From an uncultured Gammaproteobacteria bacterium (GTDB lineage Bacteria > Pseudomonadota > Gammaproteobacteria > Thiohalobacterales > Thiohalobacteraceae), in assembly GCA_963737555.1 (NCBI GenBank), contig CAVTTB010000008.1:341632-365631 (forward strand): 24,000 nt of DNA. The letters are read 5' to 3'. Every line of letters starts with the position of its first letter. Position 1 is the stretch's first letter. Positions 17,689-24,000 of the stretch are shown piece by piece. Made by a program: the position numbers and the translations under genes. A model generated the notes under the pieces. It worked only from the letters and a program-made list of their open reading frames with translations. It did not search any database and was not told the DNA's origin.

Positions 17689-18813
17689 CTACGGTGATGA
17701 CAGCGTCACGAATAATTCATTGGCAAGTTCAAAGCTCGCATCGGCGTTTTCACTCAGCACATTGATGTGCCCCATCTTGCGGCCGGGCCGCGCCTCGCGT
17801 TTGCCGTATAGATGCAGCTTGGCTTCGGCATGGCTGAACACCTGTTGCCAATCCGGCTGGCTGTCACCCCACACATCGCCGAGCAGATTCAGCATCGTCA
17901 CGGGCGAGAGTAACCGCGTCGAGCCTAACGGCAGACCACACAACGCGCGCACCTGCTGCTCGAACTGCGAGCTCGCACAGGCGTCCAGCGTGTAATGACC
18001 GCTGTTGTGCGGACGTGGCGCGATTTCATTGATCAGCAACTCACCGTCGGTGGTGAAGAAGAATTCCACCGCCAGCACGCCGACGTAGTCCAACTCTGCG
18101 GCGACGCGCTGTGCCATGCCGACGGCGAGTTCTGCGACGCCCGCGGCGATGCAGCCCGGCACGCGCGTGGTGTGCAGAATGCCGTTGCGGTGGATGTTTT
18201 CACCGACCGGGTAGACGGCGGTTTCACCGTCCGTGCCACGCGCCAGCACGACGGATAACTCCTGCGCGAGCTTGACCTTCTCTTCCAGCACACACGGATA
18301 ATGGCCCAGTTGCGCGAAGGCGGCGCGCGCTTGCGCTACGTTGTCCACGGGTAACTGTCCCTTGCCGTCATATCCGAGCGTTGCCGTCTTGAGCAGGGCT
18401 GGCAGACGTAAGCTCGTGACAGCAGCGGCAAGATCGTCTTCGTGTTGGATGGCAAAGAACGGTGCCGTGGCCAGCCCTAAATCGCGTAAGAAGGTTTTTT
18501 CGAGAATCCGGTCGCGCGCGACGGCGACGGCCGCGGCGCTCGGGCGCACCGGGCAGTGTGCGGTCAGGGTTTCCAGTGTCGTGGCGGGGACGCTTTCCCA
18601 CTCGGTCGTGATGGCGGCGCATTCGGCACCCATGCGGGCGAGCGCAGCGGCATCGGTGTAATCGGCGCACAGATGCATATCGGCGACGGCGCCGGCGGGA
18701 CTGTTGGGATCGGGATCAAGCACCAGCACGCGATAGCCGAGCGTGCGCGCCGCGAGGGTGAACAGGCGGCCGAGTTGTCCACCGCCGAGAACACCCAGCG
18801 TTGCGCCTGGCAA
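17689..18813 (-). CDS. purK: N5-carboxyaminoimidazole ribonucleotide synthase (start uncertain)
   Basis: [45 protein letters not shown]...[14 protein letters not shown]...[52 protein letters not shown]. Probable TTG start at 18813; reads open upstream only because of the purE frameshift. Confidence 0.9.
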   Translation of the reverse strand: MPGATLGVLGGGQLGRLFTLAARTLGYRVLVLDPDPNSPAGAVADMHLCADYTDAAALARMGAECAAITTEWESVPATTLETLTAHCPVRPSAAAVAVARDRILEKTFLRDLGLATAPFFAIQHEDDLAAAVTSLRLPALLKTATLGYDGKGQLPVDNVAQARAAFAQLGHYPCVLEEKVKLAQELSVVLARGTDGETAVYPVGENIHRNGILHTTRVPGCIAAGVAELAVGMAQRVAAELDYVGVLAVEFFFTTDGELLINEIAPRPHNSGHYTLDACASSQFEQQVRALCGLPLGSTRLLSPVTMLNLLGDVWGDSQPDWQQVFSHAEAKLHLYGKREARPGRKMGHINVLSENADASFELANELFVTLSSP

Positions 18814-18845
18814 AATTGGGCCGAGGCTATGCGCGTCGCTTCGGT

Positions 18846-19359
18846 TCACGGTAAATGCGAATCGGATTGCGGTGGCAGGCGCATAGCCAGCACCGCCTGT
18901 TCCTGCTCTTTGCGCAGGCGATCCAAGTGCGCGGCGAGCGCCGGATCGGACAACGGCGAGAATACTGGCCGCGTACAGGGCCGCGTTGGCGGCGCCCGCC
19001 TCACCGATGGCAAAGGTCGCGACCGGCACGCCTTTGGGCATTTGCACAATCGACAGCAACGAGTCCATGCCTTTCAGATATTTCGACGGCACCGGCACAC
19101 CGAGCACCGGCACGGTGGTCTTGGCCGCCAACATGCCGGGCAGATGCGCCGCGCCGCCGGCGCCGGCGATGATGCAGGCGATGCCGCGGCTGCGGGCGGT
19201 CACGGCATAGTCGAACAATAGATCGGGGGTGCGGTGTGCGGAGACGACCCGGGCCTCATAGGCGATGCCGAGTTGTTCGAGCATGCTGGCGGCATGCTGC
19301 ATGATGTCCCAGTCACTGCTGCTGCCCATGACCAGGCCGATGCGGGGTGTTTCGCTCAT
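18846..19359 (-). CDS. purE: N5-carboxyaminoimidazole ribonucleotide mutase, apparent +1 frameshift near 18955
   Basis: [46 protein letters not shown]...[65 protein letters not shown], then in another frame [35 protein letters not shown]. Confidence 0.9.
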
Positions 19360-19435
19360 GTTCGTGGTGCCCTTGTAGACGGACCCAAAACCCGGGAAAC
19401 GCCGCATTCTAACAGATTGGGATCGGGGGCCAGCA

Positions 19436-19509
19436 TTGTAGGAGCGGCCTGCGGCCGCGAATAGCGGGTTCGGAGCTGAACCGTTCGCGGCCGCAAGCCG
19501 CTCCTACAA
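19436..19509. repeat. REP/BIME-like palindromic intergenic element, copy 2
   Basis: TTGTAGGAGCGGCCTGCGGCCGCGAA (19436-19461) pairs with TTCGCGGCCGCAAGCCGCTCCTACAA (19484-19509), one mismatch in 26; inner hairpin GGTTC-ggagct-GAACC. Shares its outer GTAGGAGCGGCCT with the 15466-15531 element. Confidence 0.9.
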
Positions 19510-19578
19510 AAGGCCCTGAACCCAGGACCTGCCACCCAGGTACAATACCCCGCTTTCACACCCAGCCCGGAGCGCGCC

Positions 19579-20466
19579 ATGCAAGCGTCCCTGTACGAAT
19601 CCGATCTGAAGAGCCTGCCCCTGATTTATCGCGGCAAGGTGCGCGACGTATATGGGGTGGATGACGACACCTTGCTGATCGTGACCACCGACCGCTTGTC
19701 GGCCTTCGACGTGATCCTGCCCGAGCCGATACCGGGCAAGGGCGCGGTGCTCACGGCGGTGTCGAATTTCTGGTTCGAGCGTATGCGCAGCATCATCCCC
19801 AATCACCTCGCCGATCTGACGCTCGAACAGGTGCTGCCCGACGCGTCCGAACGCGCCCAGGTCGAGGGCCGTGCCGTGGTCGCGCGCAAACTGAAGGCTC
19901 TGCCGGTCGAGGCCATCGTGCGCGGTTATCTCATCGGCACCGGTTGGAAGGATTATCAGAACAGCGGCGCGGTCTGCGGCATTGCACTGCCCGCCGGTCT
20001 GCGCATGGCCGATCGTTTGCCCGAGCCGATCTTCACGCCCTCGACCAAGGCCGCCGTCGGTATCCACGATGAGAACATCGACTTTGCTCAAGCCGAAAAA
20101 ATTCTCGGCAAGGATATCGCCGCGCAAGTGCGCGATGTGAGTCTGCGCATTTATAAAGAGGCGGCCGCTTATGCGTTGGAGCGCGGCATTATCATCGCCG
20201 ACACCAAATTCGAATTCGGTCTGGATGAAAACGGCACGCTGGTGCTGATCGACGAAGCGCTCACACCGGATTCGTCACGTTTCTGGCCGGTCGATGAATA
20301 TCAGCCCGGCGTGAGTCCGCCGAGTTTCGACAAACAGTTCGTGCGCGACTATCTGGAAACGCTGGACTGGAACAAGACCGCGCCCGGCCCGAAGCTGCCG
20401 CAGGAAGTTATCGCCAAGACCGCCGAGAAATACCGCGAGGCACAACGGCGACTGACAGGTCAGTAA
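19579..20466 (+). CDS. purC: Phosphoribosylaminoimidazole-succinocarboxamide (SAICAR) synthase
   Basis: [52 protein letters not shown]...[18 protein letters not shown]...[11 protein letters not shown]...[15 protein letters not shown]. Confidence 0.97.
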   Translation: MQASLYESDLKSLPLIYRGKVRDVYGVDDDTLLIVTTDRLSAFDVILPEPIPGKGAVLTAVSNFWFERMRSIIPNHLADLTLEQVLPDASERAQVEGRAVVARKLKALPVEAIVRGYLIGTGWKDYQNSGAVCGIALPAGLRMADRLPEPIFTPSTKAAVGIHDENIDFAQAEKILGKDIAAQVRDVSLRIYKEAAAYALERGIIIADTKFEFGLDENGTLVLIDEALTPDSSRFWPVDEYQPGVSPPSFDKQFVRDYLETLDWNKTAPGPKLPQEVIAKTAEKYREAQRRLTGQ

Positions 20467-20657
20467 TGCGGATCGGTATGTCCCGCGCCAGCAAGTCCGG
20501 CGCGGACGCTGTCTTTAATATCTCGCAAGATTACCCATAAAATAAATCCCCCCACTTCTGCCCGCCCATTTCCAGCGCGGCATCTTGTGTCCAAGAAATA
20601 CACCCGTCTTTGTGTGCGAATTGAAAGTCGCGTGTGTGCTTGATTTCGTGCGCAGCT

Positions 20658-20671
20658 GTACTAAATAGTAC
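20658..20671. promoter_or_regulatory. Palindromic candidate operator upstream of the suf cluster
   Basis: GTACT aaat AGTAC, 38 bp upstream of the Rrf2 start codon, in an AT-rich patch. Confidence 0.45.
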
Positions 20672-20709
20672 CTATACAGTCTTAATTATCACGCTTCGCG
20701 AGGATCCTC

Positions 20710-21156
20710 ATGCTGCGGATTTCCAAATTGACCGACTACGCCACCCTGCTGATGACGCGGCTTGCCCGTGAGCCGGGGAGTTGTTTCAGTGCGGCGCAAC
20801 TGGCGGACGCGTTGGGTGTGCCGCTGCCCACGGTGGCCAAGCTGCTGAAGCGCTTGTTGCAGGCGGAGCTGTTGGTCAGTGTGCGCGGCGCGGGTGGCGG
20901 TTACCTTCTCGCCTATGCGCCGCGGGCGATTTCGGTGGCCGATGTGGTGAGTGCCATCGAAGGTCCGGTCGCGCTGACGGAATGCGTACATGGGCCGGGC
21001 GGCTGCGCAATTGAAGATGGCTGCGCGACACGCGCCAACTGGCATGTCATCAGTCGCGCGGTGCGCACGGCGCTGGAGGGCGTGAGTCTGGCCGACATGG
21101 CGCTGCCGCGTCTGCGTACGATCCCGCTGCAACGCATGGCGGTGAAGGAGAAATGA
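20710..21156 (+). CDS. Rrf2-family SUF-system Fe-S assembly regulator
   Basis: [23 protein letters not shown]...[13 protein letters not shown]...[38 protein letters not shown]; Rrf2 fold with three cluster-ligand cysteines, directly upstream of sufB. Confidence 0.92.
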   Translation: MLRISKLTDYATLLMTRLAREPGSCFSAAQLADALGVPLPTVAKLLKRLLQAELLVSVRGAGGGYLLAYAPRAISVADVVSAIEGPVALTECVHGPGGCAIEDGCATRANWHVISRAVRTALEGVSLADMALPRLRTIPLQRMAVKEK

Positions 21157-21157
21157 G

Positions 21158-22613
21158 ATGGCCTATCCTGAAGTGCGCAATCCCGAAGTTGAAAAGCGCG
21201 TCGCCGACGAATACCGCTGGGGCTTTGTCACCGACATCGAACAGGAGACGGTGCCCAAAGGGCTGAACGAAGACGTCATCCGGCTGATATCGGCCAAGAA
21301 GAACGAGCCGGAGTTCATGCTCGACTGGCGCTTGCAGGCCTATCGCCACTGGCTGATGCAGACCGAGCCGACCTGGTCGTCAGTGCATCATCCGCCTATC
21401 GATTACCAGGACATACATTACTACTCTGCGCCGAAGACGCGCACGCAGCCGAAGGATTTGTCCGAGGTCGATCCGGAACTGTTGCGCACCTACGAGAAAC
21501 TCGGCATCCCATTACAGGAGCGCGAGGCACTGGCGGGTGTGGCGGTGGACGCGGTGTTCGATTCGGTATCGGTCGCCACCACGTTCAAGGACAAGCTGGA
21601 GAGTCTCGGCATTATTTTCTGTTCCTTCTCCGAAGCGGTGCAGAAACATCCAGAACTGGTGCGCCAATACCTCGGTTCGGTCGTGCCCTACACCGACAAT
21701 TATTTCGCCACGCTCAACTCGGCGGTGTTCACCGATGGCTCGTTCGTCTACGTGCCGAAAGGCGTGCGTTGCCCGATGGAGCTGTCGACCTATTTCCGCA
21801 TCAATGCCAAGAACAGTGGCCAGTTCGAGCGCACCCTGATTATCGCCGATGAAGGCGCGTACTGTGAGCTATCTGGAAGGCTGCACCGCGCCGATGCGCG
21901 ACGAGAATCAGTTGCATGCGGCGGTGGTGGAACTCATCGCCCTGGCAGACGCCCGCATCAAATATTCCACCGTGCAGAACTGGTATCCCGGCGACCGCGA
22001 AGGTCGCGGCGGTATCTACAATTTCGTCACCAAACGCGGCGACTGTCGCGGCGATCGTTCGCACATCTCCTGGACTCAGGTCGAGACCGGTTCGGCCATC
22101 ACCTGGAAATATCCGAGCTGCATCCTGCGTGGCGACGACAGCGTCGGCGAGTTTTATTCCGTGGCGCTGACCAACCATCACCAGCAGGCCGACACCGGCA
22201 CCAAGATGATTCACATCGGCCGCAACAGCCGCAGCACCATCGTCTCGAAAGGCATTTCCGCCGGCTTCGGCAGCAATGCCTATCGGGGTCTGGTGAAGGT
22301 TCTGCCGACGGCAGCGAATGCGCGCAACCACACACAATGCGATTCGCTGCTGATGAGCGACCATTGTGCCGCGCATACCTTCCCGTATATCGAGGTGAAG
22401 AACCCGACTGCGACAGTGGAGCACGAAGCCACCACCAGCAAGATCGGCGACGACCAGCTGTTCTATCTGCGCAGTCGCGGCTTGAGCGGGGAAGACGCGG
22501 TGAACCTGATCGTCAACGGTTTCTGCAAGGAAGTGTTCAAGGAACTGCCGATGGAGTTCGCGGTGGAAGCGCAGAAACTGCTCGCGGTGAGCCTGGAAGG
22601 CGCAGTGGGGTAA
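21158..22613 (+). CDS. sufB: Fe-S cluster assembly protein SufB, apparent +1 frameshift near 21866
   Basis: [55 protein letters not shown]...[38 protein letters not shown], then in another frame [58 protein letters not shown]...[26 protein letters not shown], stop at 22613. Confidence 0.95.
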
Positions 22614-22623
22614 GGAGAGCATC

Positions 22624-23394
22624 ATGCTGCATATCGAAAACCTGCACGTTTCCATCGGCGACAAACCCATCCTCGCCGGCATCGATCTCGCGGTGAAGGC
22701 GGGCGAGGTGCACGCCATCATGGGTCCGAACGGTTCGGGCAAGAGCACGCTCGCCCAGGTGCTGGCCGGGCGCGAGGGCTACACGGTGACCGCCGGCAGC
22801 GTGCGCTATCAGGATCAGGATCTGCTGGCGCTGGAACCGGAACAGCGCGCCCGCGCCGGCGTGTTCCTCGCCTTTCAATATCCGCTGGAGATTCCCGGCG
22901 TGGCCAATGTGCAATTGCTGCGCACCGCGCTCAACAGCATGCGGCTGGCGCGCGGCGAGAACGAACTCGACGCGATCGATTTTCTCGACACGGTGAAAGA
23001 CAAGCTGACGTTGCTGGGCATGGACGAGAGCTTTCTCTATCGCGCCGTCAACGAGGGCTTTTCCGGTGGCGAGAAGAAGCGCAACGAGATTCTGCAAATG
23101 GCGGTGCTGGAACCGCGGCTAGCCATCCTCGACGAGACCGATTCCGGGCTCGATATCGACGCGTTGAAAACCGTGGCGCAGGGGGTGAATGCACTGAAGA
23201 GTCCGGAGCGTGCAATTATCCTGGTCACACATTACCAGCGCTTGTTGAACTACATCGTCCCCGATCAGGTGCATGTGCTGTCGGGTGGACGGATTGTGCG
23301 TTCCGGCGATGCCGGTCTGGCGTTGGAGCTGGAAGAAAAGGGCTATGGCTGGCTTGCCCCGGAAGCACGGGTAGAAGTACAGGTGAGGGTGTAG
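22624..23394 (+). CDS. sufC: Fe-S cluster assembly ATPase SufC
   Basis: [60 protein letters not shown]...[44 protein letters not shown]. Confidence 0.97.
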   Translation: MLHIENLHVSIGDKPILAGIDLAVKAGEVHAIMGPNGSGKSTLAQVLAGREGYTVTAGSVRYQDQDLLALEPEQRARAGVFLAFQYPLEIPGVANVQLLRTALNSMRLARGENELDAIDFLDTVKDKLTLLGMDESFLYRAVNEGFSGGEKKRNEILQMAVLEPRLAILDETDSGLDIDALKTVAQGVNALKSPERAIILVTHYQRLLNYIVPDQVHVLSGGRIVRSGDAGLALELEEKGYGWLAPEARVEVQVRV

Positions 23395-23396
23395 CT

Positions 23397-24000
23397 ATGA
23401 ATCCTCTCACCCTCTCGCAGGCACTCGCCAGCACCGGTGGTTCACCACGTCTCATGTCGGCACGACAGGCGGCGCTGGAGAAATTTATCGCGCACGGTTT
23501 GCCGACGTCGCACGAGGAAGACTGGAAATACACCTCGCTGAAACTGCTGGAACAGACCGAATGGCACACACCGGAAGACGCGGCGATCGTACCCATCGCC
23601 GAAGAATATCCGGGCGGAGTTATGCATTTCAGCAATGGCCGCCTGACCGAGATCAGCCCGCAGGTGCGTCATGCGTTCAGTCTTGCCGTCCATGCCGACA
23701 GCGCGTTCGTGGTGCAACACCTCGGCACACTGGCGAGCGCTGCGGTATTGGCCCAGCTCAACAGCGCGTTGTGGACGGATGGTCTGCTGCTGCATGTCCC
23801 CGCCGGGCATAAGTCGGTAGCGCCGCTGTTCGCGGTGCACAGCGTCGGCGAAGCCGATGCCATGCTGCACACGCGCAACCTCATCGTGGTGGAGGCCGGT
23901 GCCGAGATGGTACTGGTGGAACATTACCGGGGCCTGCCCAATCTCCCGTACTGGAACAATCTGATTACCGAGATCGTGCTGGGCGAAGGCGCGCGGCTGA
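23397..24000 (+). CDS. sufD: SufD, 3'-truncated by the window edge
   Basis: Open frame missing from the supplied ORF track because it has no stop in the window: MNPLTLSQALASTGGSPRLMSARQAALEKFIAHGLPTSHEEDWKYTSLKLLEQ...FVVQHLGTLASAAVLAQLNSALWTDGLLLHVPAGHKSVAPLFAVH...RNLIVVEAGAEMVLVEHYRGLPNLPYWNNLITEIVLGEGARL. Confidence 0.93.
   Translation, partial: MNPLTLSQALASTGGSPRLMSARQAALEKFIAHGLPTSHEEDWKYTSLKLLEQTEWHTPEDAAIVPIAEEYPGGVMHFSNGRLTEISPQVRHAFSLAVHADSAFVVQHLGTLASAAVLAQLNSALWTDGLLLHVPAGHKSVAPLFAVHSVGEADAMLHTRNLIVVEAGAEMVLVEHYRGLPNLPYWNNLITEIVLGEGARL

Overview
This window looks chromosomal, from a GC-rich, probably autotrophic, sulfur- or metal-oxidising proteobacterium. From left to right it carries: (i) a 5'-truncated TauE/SafE permease and cysC; (ii) a forward-strand cluster with an LCIB/C-type beta-carbonic-anhydrase-like protein followed by six Hyf/complex-I-like subunits (HyfB, C, E, F, G and I-like). 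Its large subunit lacks both NiFe-binding cysteine motifs, so it is probably not a hydrogenase; (iii) a convergent reverse-strand operon of red-type (form IC-like) RuBisCO genes cbbL-cbbS-cbbX plus a small conserved-looking protein; (iv) two tandem LysR/CbbR-like regulators; (v) a CaCA-family antiporter, purE/purK, purC, and a suf cluster (Rrf2 regulator, sufB, sufC, start of sufD). The main system-level observation is the soluble LCIB-type CA next to a non-hydrogenase, proton-translocating Hyf-like complex, tail-to-tail with RuBisCO. I propose an energised CO2-hydration / inorganic-carbon uptake system, analogous to cyanobacterial NDH-1MS/Cup or DAB but built from different parts. I could not check whether it has been described before. 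Five conserved genes each appear broken by a single extra base, which looks more like sequence error than decay and also creates a false purE-purK fusion. Two copies of a GTAGGAGCGGCC palindromic repeat, a 25-bp tandem duplication and several perfect hairpins or palindromes sit between genes.
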